Below, in pieces: positions 37,856 through 48,826 of a stretch of 64,000 nt of DNA; the stretch's first letter is position 1, and the number at the start of each line of letters is the position of its first letter. The position numbers and the translations under genes were made by a program. Source of the stretch: an uncultured delta proteobacterium (GTDB taxonomy: Bacteria > Myxococcota_A > Polyangia > Polyangiales > Houyiibacteriaceae); NCBI GenBank assembly GCA_963845195.1, contig CAWJRH010000001.1:526193-590192 (forward strand), in the 5' to 3' direction. The notes beneath the pieces are model-generated. The model did not search any database and had not been told where the DNA came from. It worked only from the letters and a program-made list of their open reading frames with translations.

Positions 37856-39178
37856 CTACGGTGCGACGATTCTGTCGATACCGCCCATGTAAGGCACGAG
37901 CGCCTCGGGGACCGTCACGCTTCCATCCGCGTTCTGGTTTTGCTCGAGGATGGCGACGAGCGTCCGCCCGATCGCGAGCCCGGAGCCATTGAGCGTGTGT
38001 ACGAACTGCGGTTTGCCCTTCGGCTCGGGCCGAAACCGTGCCTCCATCCGGCGCGCCTGAAAGTCGCCGAACCAGGAGCAGCTCGAGATCTCTCGATATG
38101 CGTCTTGCGCCGGCAGCCAGACCTCGAGGTCGTAGGACTTCTGGGCCGCAAAGCCCATGTCGCCGGCACAGAGCTGCACCACCCGATAGTGCAGGTCGAG
38201 CTTCTGCAGAATCGCCTCGGCGTGTCCAGTGAGCGCTTCGAGCTGCTCGGCGCCTTCATCTGGGTGACAAAACCGCACGAGCTCGACCTTGTCGAACTGG
38301 TGGACGCGGATCATGCCCCGCGTGTCTTTGCCGTAGCTGCCCGCCTCGCTTCGAAAACAAGCGGTGTATCCGGTGTAGGCGCGGGGGAGCTCGGCATGTT
38401 CGAGTATTTCTTCGGCATGCAGGTTGGTGATCGGAACCTCGGCGGTTGGCACCAAGTACAGGTCGTGGCCCTTGGCGTCCGCCTGCGCTTCCCAGTCTTC
38501 GTCCTTCGCAATGCGAAATGCATCCTTGGCGAACTTCGGGAGCTGGCTCGTCCCGAGCATCGCGCTGTCCTTGACCAGAGTCGGGGGCCAGACTTCGAGG
38601 TACCCGTGCTCTTCGGTGTGCACGTTCAGCATGAACTGCATCAACGCGCGTTCGAGTCGCGCGCCCGCACCCTTGAGAATCACGAAGCGAGAGCCGCTGA
38701 TCTTGGCGGCGCGCTCGAAGTCGAGGATCCCGAGGTCGACGCCTACGGCGACATGGTCTCGCGCTTCGAAATCGAACGAGGGCTTGTGTCCCCAAACCCG
38801 CACCTCGACGTTATCCGTTTCGCTGAGTCCATCCGGGGTCGACTCGTCGGGCAGATTCGGGAGATTGAGAAGGATCGCTCGAATCTCGGATTCGAGTTCT
38901 CCGCGATCCGCTTCACCCGCCTTGATCTCATCGCCCAGCGATCGAAGCTGGTCACGTTTCGACTGGAACTCGGCGGATTTCTTGTCTGCCACCTGGCCCA
39001 TTGCCTGACTTGCTTCGTTTCGTTGCTGTCGCAGAGCCTCGACCTGGGTTATCGCCTGACGCCGCCGTTCTGAGAGCGCACCCAGTCGCTCGATCAGGGA
39101 CGGATCGTCGAATCCACGACGTTCAAGTGCCGCCTTGACGGTGGCCAGGTTCTCGCTCACCAGGCGGAGGTCCAGCAT
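37856..39178 (-). CDS. serS: serine--tRNA ligase
   Basis: MLDLRLV...N-terminal coiled-coil arm. Class II motifs FRSEAGSYGKDTRGMIRVHQF and GSGLAIGRTLVAILE. Confidence 0.96.
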   Translation of the reverse strand: MLDLRLVSENLATVKAALERRGFDDPSLIERLGALSERRRQAITQVEALRQQRNEASQAMGQVADKKSAEFQSKRDQLRSLGDEIKAGEADRGELESEIRAILLNLPNLPDESTPDGLSETDNVEVRVWGHKPSFDFEARDHVAVGVDLGILDFERAAKISGSRFVILKGAGARLERALMQFMLNVHTEEHGYLEVWPPTLVKDSAMLGTSQLPKFAKDAFRIAKDEDWEAQADAKGHDLYLVPTAEVPITNLHAEEILEHAELPRAYTGYTACFRSEAGSYGKDTRGMIRVHQFDKVELVRFCHPDEGAEQLEALTGHAEAILQKLDLHYRVVQLCAGDMGFAAQKSYDLEVWLPAQDAYREISSCSWFGDFQARRMEARFRPEPKGKPQFVHTLNGSGLAIGRTLVAILEQNQNADGSVTVPEALVPYMGGIDRIVAP

Positions 39179-39271
39179 GGCAGCGGGTCTACAACACGGG
39201 GCACATCGGTACCAGTCGCGTCGTCCTTGGCCGTGCGATGAAAAAGCCTTAAGTTGTTGGAACTACCAGGG

Positions 39272-39931
39272 ATGCGAAGACTGAACCGCTGCGGGGTGAT
39301 AGGTGATGTCCATTGCGAATCCGAGGTGCTCGAGCGAGTGCTCGACCGGCTCGACGCAATGGGAATAGGCGTCGTGCTGTGCGTGGGCGATCTGGTCGAT
39401 GGTCCGGGCGATGCCGACGCCGCCCTCGCCCTGCTCCAAAGCCGAGGGGTGCAGTGCGTTGCCGGCAACCACGAACGCTGGTTCCTGACCGACGAGCAGA
39501 GAAGCCTACCGCACGCCACGCGGCAGCTCAGCGACGACAGCCGTGCCTTCATCGAGAAGCTGCCTCAGATTCGCCGCTATGAGACCGCGCTCGGCGGTGT
39601 GATGCTGTGTCATGGCGTCGGCAAAGCCGACGAAGCATGGCTCCTTCCGGACTCCAAGGGCTATGCCCTTCAGGACATCCCGACGCTTCGCGAGCTGATG
39701 TTGGACGAGGACGTTCAGTTCATGATCGGCGGACACACCCACGAACGCATGGTGCGCGTGTTTCCCGGCCTCACCGTCATCAACGCCGGGACCATTCACC
39801 GCAAGGATCCCCAGACTTTCACCGTGCTCGACTTCGATTCGCAAACCGTCGACGTTTATTCCGCGGCCGACGCGCATACCGGCGAGCTCATCGAATCGAA
39901 ACAGCTGCCGCTTCCTGCGCCGCTTGTCTGA
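39272..39931 (+). CDS. metallophosphoesterase family protein
   Basis: Metallophosphatase motifs GVIGDVHCE, VGDLVDGPG, AGNHE and GGHTH. ATG 39272 lies inside the tracked ORF. Confidence 0.8.
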   Translation: MRRLNRCGVIGDVHCESEVLERVLDRLDAMGIGVVLCVGDLVDGPGDADAALALLQSRGVQCVAGNHERWFLTDEQRSLPHATRQLSDDSRAFIEKLPQIRRYETALGGVMLCHGVGKADEAWLLPDSKGYALQDIPTLRELMLDEDVQFMIGGHTHERMVRVFPGLTVINAGTIHRKDPQTFTVLDFDSQTVDVYSAADAHTGELIESKQLPLPAPLV

Positions 39932-39949
39932 GTCGTCGTTCGGTACGCG

Positions 39950-40867
39950 CTACTGAGCAGCTGCCGAAAACGCTTCGACCGTCTGGCGCTCGTCGTATTG
40001 ATACTTGAAGCCCGTCGCGCGCAGAAACGGCTCGCTGTCGACGACGATGGGATACTTCAGGTGGTCGATGGCGGCCTGCGGCAGCCGGGGGCGAGCGAGC
40101 TTGCCTGCCCCGAGCGAAATGAGCGACCCGGGTATACTGATCGGACGGCGTCCTGCCGCGCGCACGATGCGAGAAAGCGGCACCGGGGAGGGGCCGCCGA
40201 CGTTGTAGACGCCGTGCAGTTTGTGCCGAACCGCAGCCACGATCGCGTCCGCTGCGTCTTGTTCGTGAATGAAGTGAATCAGCGGATCGAAACCCATGAT
40301 CAGCGGCACGGCCCGGCCCCTCAGAAACGAGGCAAGCGTTCCGTGTTTGCTCGGACCGAGCGTGTACACCATCCGCAGGACACAGGTCGTAATCTCGGGA
40401 TATCGCCAGAGGGCTGACGCAGCGTAGAGATCGGCTGCGACGAGGTCCGCGAGTTCTGGGAACGCCTGCGCCGACATCGGAGGCTCGTCTTCGGTGTGGT
40501 AGAGCGGTGCGTCCGCCGCCGCGCCGTAGTACGTATGTCGGCCGACGAACACCGCCTGCTTGACTCCATACGAGTGGCAGTAGTGGATGAACGCCCGGGT
40601 GCCGTAGAGGTTGACCCGCATCCGATCCGGACTGCGGTGCAGAAGGTGGGTCACGGTCGCCATGTGAATGGCGGCGTCGGGGCGGCGCAGCCGAAACACT
40701 TCCTCAGCGGGCCTCTTTCGCACGTCGGTCTCGTGCATCTCGATTGCATCGGGCGCCTCTGGCCACGGCCTGTGGTCGATCCCGATGACGTCGTAGCCGT
40801 CGTCGAGCAGGCGCAAGGCCACGAGCCTGCCGACGTGCCCCGAGATGCCGGTAACCAAAACTTTCAT
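39950..40867 (-). CDS. NAD-dependent epimerase/dehydratase family protein
   Basis: MKVLVTGISGHVGRLV (GxxGxxG Rossmann motif). SDR-extended length. Confidence 0.8.
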   Translation of the reverse strand: MKVLVTGISGHVGRLVALRLLDDGYDVIGIDHRPWPEAPDAIEMHETDVRKRPAEEVFRLRRPDAAIHMATVTHLLHRSPDRMRVNLYGTRAFIHYCHSYGVKQAVFVGRHTYYGAAADAPLYHTEDEPPMSAQAFPELADLVAADLYAASALWRYPEITTCVLRMVYTLGPSKHGTLASFLRGRAVPLIMGFDPLIHFIHEQDAADAIVAAVRHKLHGVYNVGGPSPVPLSRIVRAAGRRPISIPGSLISLGAGKLARPRLPQAAIDHLKYPIVVDSEPFLRATGFKYQYDERQTVEAFSAAAQ

Positions 40868-41712
40868 CGCGACAGCTCGAGGTCTTCCTCGGTGATTTCG
40901 CCTTCTCTGAGCCGACGCCCCTGGTCGATGAGATTGCGAATCCGCCCCTTCACTTCCTCTACCATCGATTGGCAGACCTCATCCCGCTCGTGTCCGGTGC
41001 CTTCGAAGACCATCGGTTTGCCGTACAGGAGTTGAAAGCGAGTGGGCTTGGGGATGAGCAGGCCCCACTTGGTCACCGGAATGTAGGGAACCCCAACCAT
41101 CCTGCCGAGGGTTTTCAGATTTGCGATCGTGGGGAGCGCGTCGCCGCCGCCGACGAAGCCGAATGGCACGACCGGGCTGTTCGTTTCGAGCGCGAGCCTC
41201 ATGAACCCGGTCCCGAACTCGACGAGCGAGTCGGCGTCCTTGGCGAGCTTCGCGGTGCCTCGCGCACCCTCCGGGAATACGAGCACGAGCCTCTCGTCTC
41301 GGAGCAGGCGCAGGGCTTGATCGGGATTGCCGCTGAACTGACCCATTCGACTCATCACGCGTGAGGCGCCGGGAAAGCGATGGATGAACTTGTCGAGCAT
41401 GGCATGCGGCAGTCGCGGCGGATTCGCGTCGAGCAACATGGAGCCCATCACCATGGCGCCGTCGATCGCTACTCCGCCAGAGTGGTTGCCAACGAGAATC
41501 GCTCTGCCCTTGGCCGGCACGTTTTCGAGCCCGTAGACATCGACCGAGAAGTACTCGCGATAGAGCCACGCGAACTTCGAGGTGAAACTCACGAGGTCCC
41601 GCTTGTCGATCCCGTAGGGATCGATGCCGAAGCTGTTGAACGAGAGGTCGAGCGCGTCGATGCGCTTTTCAACTTCGGGATCGTTGGGGAATAGGTTGTC
41701 GAACACGGCCAA
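40864..41712 (-). CDS. lysophospholipid (PlsC-like) acyltransferase family protein
   Basis: VGNHSGGVAIDG (an H-x-D type acyltransferase motif variant) and VFPEGARG. 4-nt overlap with the downstream epimerase gene. Confidence 0.7.
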   Translation of the reverse strand: MAVFDNLFPNDPEVEKRIDALDLSFNSFGIDPYGIDKRDLVSFTSKFAWLYREYFSVDVYGLENVPAKGRAILVGNHSGGVAIDGAMVMGSMLLDANPPRLPHAMLDKFIHRFPGASRVMSRMGQFSGNPDQALRLLRDERLVLVFPEGARGTAKLAKDADSLVEFGTGFMRLALETNSPVVPFGFVGGGDALPTIANLKTLGRMVGVPYIPVTKWGLLIPKPTRFQLLYGKPMVFEGTGHERDEVCQSMVEEVKGRIRNLIDQGRRLREGEITEEDLELSR

Positions 41713-41758
41713 TACGCCTCAGCTTCGGATCTCTATGGTGCGCCGCCCGATAACGCAA

Positions 41759-43129
41759 TCACACGTCGCCGTCGCGGCGAACGCCGAGTGCACGCATCTT
41801 CTTGTACAAATGGCTGCGTTCGAGGCCCAGGTCCGCCGCGGTCTTGGTCACATGTCCCTGCCGAAACTCGAGCGCTTGCTGAATCAGTTCCCGTTCTACC
41901 TGCTCCAGCATGTCGCGAAGAGGTGTCTCTGGGCTGTAGTACGACCCTGACGCCGCCACGTTCGCAATCGGCAGCAGAGCCCGCGCCTGGTCTTCGGTGA
42001 TGACGAGCCCGGGTGTCAGAATGACCAGGCGCTCAACCAGGTTTCTGAGCTCGCGCACGTTCCCTGGGTAATCGTAGGCTTCGAGCAGTGCCATCGCTGC
42101 TGGTTCGAGCGATTTCTGCGGCCTGTCGTGGACCTCGCAGGCAAGCTCGAGAAAGTGGGCCACCAGCATCGGAATGTCGCCAGTTCGGTCGCGGAGTGCC
42201 GGCACCTGGAGCGGAAGGACGTTGAGCCGGTCGTACAGGTCGGCTCGAAAACGTCCCGCGTCAATCTCTTCGGGGAGAGACTTGTTGGTGGCTGCGACTA
42301 CGCGCACGTCCACCTCGATCGACTTCGTCGAGCCGACTCGCTCGAGCTCGCCCTCCTGCAGCACGCGGAGGAGCTTTGCCTGCATCTGTGCCGGCATGTC
42401 TCCGACCTCATCGAGAAAGAGCGTTCCGCCCGTGGCGCGTTCGAACTTCCCGGGCCTTAGTTTCGTTGCTCCGGTAAACGCCCCCGCCTCGTGGCCAAAG
42501 AGCTCGCTTTCGATGAGCCCTTCGGGCACGGCAGCCGAGTTGAGTTTCTCGAGGGGGCCTGTCTTGCGGGACGAGGCCGCGTGTACCGAGGTCGCGACGA
42601 GCTCTTTGCCGGTCCCTCGCTCCCCGAGGATCAAGACCGAAGCGCTCGAGTCCGCTGCCAAGGCGATCTGCTCACGGAGCATGCGAATGCGAGAACTTTC
42701 GCCGAGCAGCGAGGCGCTCACGTCGTACTTGCGACGCAGCTCTTGGTTTTCCTCCTGAAGCGCATGGAGCGCGAGGCTCCGCTCGAGGGACAAAAGCAAG
42801 CGATCGCTGCTGATCGGCTTTTCGATGAAGTCGTCGGCGCCGCGCCGGGTCGCCTCGACTGCGGTCTCGATGGTGGCGTGCCCGCTCATCATGATCACCG
42901 GCGTCGTCAGTCCTCGCTGACGAACTTCATCGAGCATCTGAAGCCCGTCCATCCCCGGCAGCTGGAGGTCGAGGAGCATCGCATCGAAGCTCTGCGCGTC
43001 GAGCTTCTGCAGCGCAATCTCGGCAGTTCCCGCTACCTCGACCGCATACCCCTCGAGCCCGAGCGCGCGCGACACCGTGGTCAGGATGTTCCGCTCGTCA
43101 TCGACGACGAGAACCGTCGCAGCAGCCAT
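41759..43129 (-). CDS. sigma54-dependent response regulator (NtrC family)
   Basis: REC domain (VLVVDDERN, MLLDLQLPGMDG). AAA+ domain with GERGTGKE and the GAFTGA sigma54-contact loop. C-terminal Fis-type HTH. Confidence 0.92.
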   Translation of the reverse strand: MAAATVLVVDDERNILTTVSRALGLEGYAVEVAGTAEIALQKLDAQSFDAMLLDLQLPGMDGLQMLDEVRQRGLTTPVIMMSGHATIETAVEATRRGADDFIEKPISSDRLLLSLERSLALHALQEENQELRRKYDVSASLLGESSRIRMLREQIALAADSSASVLILGERGTGKELVATSVHAASSRKTGPLEKLNSAAVPEGLIESELFGHEAGAFTGATKLRPGKFERATGGTLFLDEVGDMPAQMQAKLLRVLQEGELERVGSTKSIEVDVRVVAATNKSLPEEIDAGRFRADLYDRLNVLPLQVPALRDRTGDIPMLVAHFLELACEVHDRPQKSLEPAAMALLEAYDYPGNVRELRNLVERLVILTPGLVITEDQARALLPIANVAASGSYYSPETPLRDMLEQVERELIQQALEFRQGHVTKTAADLGLERSHLYKKMRALGVRRDGDV

Positions 43130-43156
43130 GGCCCTACGCTAGCACAGGGGATCGAC

Positions 43157-44929
43157 TCAGGAGACGGCGCCGCCGCGCTTGATCGGCAGGCTTCGAATCT
43201 TCGTGTCGGACGCTTTGTGGCGGTTGAGGAGCCAAGGGGTGAGCGCATCGCCCGATTCGGGGCGGGCGTAGAGATATCCCTGCGCGGTGTCGCATCCGTT
43301 TCGTCTCATGTAGTCGAGCTGACTCTCAGTCTCGACGCCCTCGGCGATGACCTCGAGGCCGAGGTTCTGGCCAAGGCCGATGATCATCTTCGAGATGGGG
43401 CCCCCACGGCCCTGCGATTCGACGTTCTGCACGAAGTTCTTGTCAATCTTGAGCGCGTTCAGCGGGAACTCGTGCAGATAGGTCAGAGACGAGTATCCCG
43501 TGCCGAAGTCGTCGACTGCGATCCGCACGCCGAGTTCGCGCACCTCGCGCAAGAGGTCTACGACCGTTGCTGCATCAGCCATCAGCGAACTCTCGGTGAG
43601 CTCTAGCTCGAGAAACTCTCCGGACAGGTTCGTCTCGCGCAGCGTGGAGTGGATCTTATCTACGAACATCGGGTCCTCGAACTGTTGGGCGGCGACATTG
43701 ACGCCTACCCGCATCGGCTCGAGGTCCATGTCGTGCCAGCGCCGCATCTGCTCGCAAGCGGTGTTCAGCACCCATTCACCGACCTCGGAGATCAGGCCGA
43801 ACTCCTCGAGGCCGCCGATGAAGTGGTACGGGGTCAAGAGTTCTCCGGTTGGGCTCATCCACCGAAGCAGCGCCTCGACGCCGACCACGCGTCCGGTTCG
43901 AAGGCAGACCTGCGGCTGATAGGCCAAGCGGAACTCTGAGCGTTCCACTGCCCGGCGGAGTGCCCACTCGAGTGCGTGTCTCGACTGCGCCTCCTCCTGC
44001 ATTGCGTCTGCGAAGAACTGGTACCGTCCGCGGCCCGACGACTTCGCTTGATACATCGCGAGGTCTGCGGCGCGCAGTAGCTCCGACAGGTCGCTGCCGT
44101 TGTCCGGGTACATCGCGATACCGACGCTGATCGAGCTGTTCACTTGGCGGCCTTCGACCGTACGAACCTCCGAGACGCTCTGAATGATTCGCTCCACGAC
44201 GGGGAGAACTTCTCTGGCTTCGCTCACGCCTTCGAGAATCACCGCAAACTCGTCGCCCCCGAGGCGCGCAACCGTGTCTTGATCCCGGACGTTGTCGCGA
44301 ATCACTCCCGCCGCCTCGATGAGAAGCTTGTCTCCGACTTCGTGGCCCAACATGTCGTTGATCTCTTTGAACCGGTCCATGTCGAGGATCAGCGTTGCGA
44401 CGCCGTGTCCAGCGCGTCCCGCCCGGCGAAGCGCGTGCTCGACGCGCTGCCGAAGAAGCGTGCGGTTCGGAAGCGAAGTGAGCTGGTCGTACTGCGCAAG
44501 ACGCACGAGCTCGAGTTCGGTCCGCTTTCGTTCGACAGCGTATCGAATCACGCGATGGAGGTTCGGCCCATCGATGTGACCCTTGACCAGGTAGTCCTGC
44601 GCGCCTGCCTTTACCGATTGCAGCGAGATCGCCTCGTCCTCCCAGGCGCTCACAATGACCAGGGGCACGTCGGGGTAGGCATTCTGCACGCTTGCCACGG
44701 TGTCGGTACCCTTCGAATCAGGCAGATTGAGGTCGGCGAGGATTACGTCTGGGGAGAGCTCGTCGGCAGAGAGCACCGCGTCGTCGAGGGTGCGAACGTG
44801 GGTAATCCGGTAGTACGCATCGCTTACTCGACGCAGCAGTCGTCGGATCAGCTGGGCATCAATGATGTGGTCCTCGATGAGGAGCACTTCCCGGACCTCA
44901 CGCTCGCCCTCGTTTCGGTCTTCCAGCAT
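43157..44929 (-). CDS. response regulator receiver-GGDEF-EAL protein
   Basis: REC domain (LLIEDH...ILADLNLPD), GGDEF (RLGGDEFAVIL) and EAL (GVEALLRW, DDFGTGYSSL). ATG 44929 is preferred over the tracked start 44947. Confidence 0.9.
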   Translation of the reverse strand: MLEDRNEGEREVREVLLIEDHIIDAQLIRRLLRRVSDAYYRITHVRTLDDAVLSADELSPDVILADLNLPDSKGTDTVASVQNAYPDVPLVIVSAWEDEAISLQSVKAGAQDYLVKGHIDGPNLHRVIRYAVERKRTELELVRLAQYDQLTSLPNRTLLRQRVEHALRRAGRAGHGVATLILDMDRFKEINDMLGHEVGDKLLIEAAGVIRDNVRDQDTVARLGGDEFAVILEGVSEAREVLPVVERIIQSVSEVRTVEGRQVNSSISVGIAMYPDNGSDLSELLRAADLAMYQAKSSGRGRYQFFADAMQEEAQSRHALEWALRRAVERSEFRLAYQPQVCLRTGRVVGVEALLRWMSPTGELLTPYHFIGGLEEFGLISEVGEWVLNTACEQMRRWHDMDLEPMRVGVNVAAQQFEDPMFVDKIHSTLRETNLSGEFLELELTESSLMADAATVVDLLREVRELGVRIAVDDFGTGYSSLTYLHEFPLNALKIDKNFVQNVESQGRGGPISKMIIGLGQNLGLEVIAEGVETESQLDYMRRNGCDTAQGYLYARPESGDALTPWLLNRHKASDTKIRSLPIKRGGAVS

Positions 44930-45043
44930 CCAGCCACGTCCCCACAAATGCGTTACTAGCGCTTTATTACAGTGCTATGGTTTCACAGGGGAGTCAAGTG
45001 TAATTGCATCCTGAAGGCTTATGTCCATGCTGTGGCCTGAGGC

Positions 45044-46438
<1,395 letters not shown>

Positions 46439-46475
46439 GCGCGGAGTGTAGCCCCAGCGCGAGCGCGGTGCAGAC

Positions 46476-47159
46476 TTAGCCGGCTGCGAGCTTCTGCTTG
46501 GCGGCCCGAATCACCGTGGCACGGTTCTTTCCGCCCTTTTCGTAATCGAGCAACGCCGTTGCCTGGGGTCCGGAGAGTCTCTGGATCCGACGAACCACAT
46601 CTTTCGCAGTCAGTTCATCGTAGTTGCGAATCGGCGCGCGGCCGGAACCCTTCGCAGAGGTCTTCGGGACGATCGCAAGCGCCTTGCGGGCGGTGGTCTT
46701 GTTGCGGGTGGCGGTCTTGCCCTCCACCGACGCTTCGAGCCGACCCTCGACGAACGACTGAGCGCGCGCCAGCATTTCGTGTGCGGTGCCCCAGACGCGC
46801 TTCTCGAGAGCGGCCGGGCGAATCGACACATTGGCTTCCTGAGTCACCTCGCGAGCCTTCGATTCCAGCTCCTCGACCCGACCGACCCAGCTCTCGGTGT
46901 AGGCCTCGCGCGTCTGCAGGGCGAGTTCCCACCACAGGCTCGTCTCTTTCTGAAGAGCCGCGCCGAGCCCGGATGCCGATCGCGTCAGCTGTTCGAGGAG
47001 CTTCTGACTCGCCTCGGAGAGCTGCTCGCCGAACGCGAGGCTTGCCCCACGGGCATCGGCGACGAATCCTTCTCCTGCCTGCCGGGTCTGCTCAAGAAAG
47101 AGCAGCCCCTGCTGCTGAAGACGGGTTCCGGTGACTGTGAGCTTTGGCTTATTGGACAT
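46476..47159 (-). CDS. hypothetical protein, phasin-like helical N-terminus and C-terminal HeH/Rho_N-like motif
   Basis: ATG 47159 is preceded by AGGGGG. The C-terminal segment [37 protein letters not shown] resembles small helix-extended-helix modules. The function is unknown. Confidence 0.65.
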   Translation of the reverse strand: MSNKPKLTVTGTRLQQQGLLFLEQTRQAGEGFVADARGASLAFGEQLSEASQKLLEQLTRSASGLGAALQKETSLWWELALQTREAYTESWVGRVEELESKAREVTQEANVSIRPAALEKRVWGTAHEMLARAQSFVEGRLEASVEGKTATRNKTTARKALAIVPKTSAKGSGRAPIRNYDELTAKDVVRRIQRLSGPQATALLDYEKGGKNRATVIRAAKQKLAAG

Positions 47160-47197
47160 GTTCGCCCCCTTTAGATGACGCATTGCGTTATCAGCGG

Positions 47198-47225
47198 AAC
47201 ATAACCTCTGCCGACTGGGTGTCAA
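47198..47225 (-). promoter_or_regulatory. candidate sigma70-type promoter for the 46476..47159 gene
   Basis: On the minus strand: TTGACA (47225-47220), 16 nt spacer, TATGTT (47203-47198). It lies ~40 nt upstream of the ATG. Confidence 0.3.
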
Positions 47226-47278
47226 CTCCCAGCCGAAACCATGCCCAGATGCGCGAGTTGCATTAGACTTTAGGGCTA

Positions 47279-48826
47279 ATGGGCAAGCTGCGCGCGCTGG
47301 TCGTTGACGACTCCTCCGCCATGCGGGGGCTCCTCACGGAGCTCCTCGAACGGCGCCGCTACGCGGTGTTGGCAGTCGACAACGCAGAGGACGGCCTCGA
47401 AGCCCATCAGCAGGAGCCCTTCGATCTGATGCTTGTCGACTGGACGCTCCCGGGAATGAACGGCCTCGAACTCTGCCGGGCGGTGCGCACCCAGACTGGC
47501 ACTGAGGAGGTCTTTTTCCTCATGATCACAGGCCGGAACGACCCGGCAGACCTTCACGCGGTGCTCGATGCGGGCGCGAGCGATTATCTAGCCAAGCCCC
47601 TCGACCCCGAGGTTCTCGGGACCCGACTGCTCATCGCCGAGCGGGCGATTGCCGACCGGGCGCGCCGCGCCGCCGAACGCGATGACATGCAGGCGCGCCT
47701 GGTGTTCGCCGACCGGATGGCTGCCGTCGGGACGCTTGCCGCGGGCGTGGCTCACGAACTCAACAACCCGCTTATGTATGTGCTGTCGAACCTCCACCTC
47801 ACCCGAGAAGAGCTCGACGCGACCGGGGAGCCCGGGTGGCGCGATCGAGTCAAGCAGCAGATCGACGAGGCTCTTCAGGGCGCTGCACGGATGCGCGCGA
47901 TCGTCAGAGACCTCAAGACGTTTTCCCGGGTGGACGACGAGGTCCAGTCTCGGGTCGACGTGTCGCGTGTCCTCGAGGCGTCGATCAACATGTGCTGGAA
48001 CCAGATCCGCCATCACGCGACCCTGACGCGGGACCTCGAACCGACGCCAGAAGTTCAGATCAACGAATCGCGCCTCGGACAGGTTCTGGTGAATCTTCTG
48101 ATCAACGCCGCCCAGGCGATGCCGGAACGTCCCATCGAAGACAACCGAATCGTCGTCAGGACCCGAACCGACGACGATGGCTGGGCGGTGATCGAGGTCG
48201 TCGACAACGGTACGGGGATGGCACCCGAGACCCGCAGCCACATTTTCGACCCCTTCTTCACTACGAAGGGGGTGGCGGAAGGGACCGGACTCGGCCTGTC
48301 GATCTGCCAGAGCATCCTCGAGGCTGCCGGGGGAACGATCGAGGCCGAGAGCACGGTGGGTCAGGGGACGACGTTTCGGGTGGGTCTGCCCGCGTCGACG
48401 CAGGCGTTCGCGCCCTCGACCACCCAGACGCTATCGATCGCGGTTCCCGAGAAGCGTGCCCGAGTGGCGGTCATCGACGACGAAGTGCTCGTCGGACGTT
48501 CGATTCAGCGCGCCCTTCGCCACCACGACGTCACCCTGTATCCCAGCGGCAAAGAGGCGATCGAGTCACTCGTGTCGGACGGCGTCTACGATGTGGTCTT
48601 CTGCGATCTGATGATGCCCGAGGTGAGCGGGATGGAAGTCTACCGAACCGTCTTGGAGCGCCGTCCTGAGATCGCCGCGCGGTTCGTGTTCATGACCGGC
48701 GGCGCGTTCACCCGCGATGCCCGAGAGTTCATCGAGAGTACGACGCTGCCCTATCTGGAGAAGCCGTTCGAACTCAGTCAGATTCGGGACCTGGTCAGAG
48801 AGCGCGCTGAGGTTGCGGTCGGCTGA
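47279..48826 (+). CDS. hybrid histidine kinase (REC-HisKA-HATPase-REC)
   Basis: N-terminal REC domain (LVVDDSSAMR, MLVDWTLPGMNG). H-box AAGVAHELNNPL. ATP-binding motifs DNGTGM and GTGLGLS. C-terminal REC domain (VAVIDDEVL, VFCDLMMPEVSG). Confidence 0.9.
   Translation: MGKLRALVVDDSSAMRGLLTELLERRRYAVLAVDNAEDGLEAHQQEPFDLMLVDWTLPGMNGLELCRAVRTQTGTEEVFFLMITGRNDPADLHAVLDAGASDYLAKPLDPEVLGTRLLIAERAIADRARRAAERDDMQARLVFADRMAAVGTLAAGVAHELNNPLMYVLSNLHLTREELDATGEPGWRDRVKQQIDEALQGAARMRAIVRDLKTFSRVDDEVQSRVDVSRVLEASINMCWNQIRHHATLTRDLEPTPEVQINESRLGQVLVNLLINAAQAMPERPIEDNRIVVRTRTDDDGWAVIEVVDNGTGMAPETRSHIFDPFFTTKGVAEGTGLGLSICQSILEAAGGTIEAESTVGQGTTFRVGLPASTQAFAPSTTQTLSIAVPEKRARVAVIDDEVLVGRSIQRALRHHDVTLYPSGKEAIESLVSDGVYDVVFCDLMMPEVSGMEVYRTVLERRPEIAARFVFMTGGAFTRDAREFIESTTLPYLEKPFELSQIRDLVRERAEVAVG

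Noticed and set aside
44930-45043. Sigma54 promoter in the AT-richer spacer upstream of the REC-GGDEF-EAL gene
   Set aside because: The best candidate (TAGCAC-N5-TAAAGC on the minus strand) has its GC dinucleotide displaced by 2 nt and lacks the GG. No convincing -24/-12 element is present.
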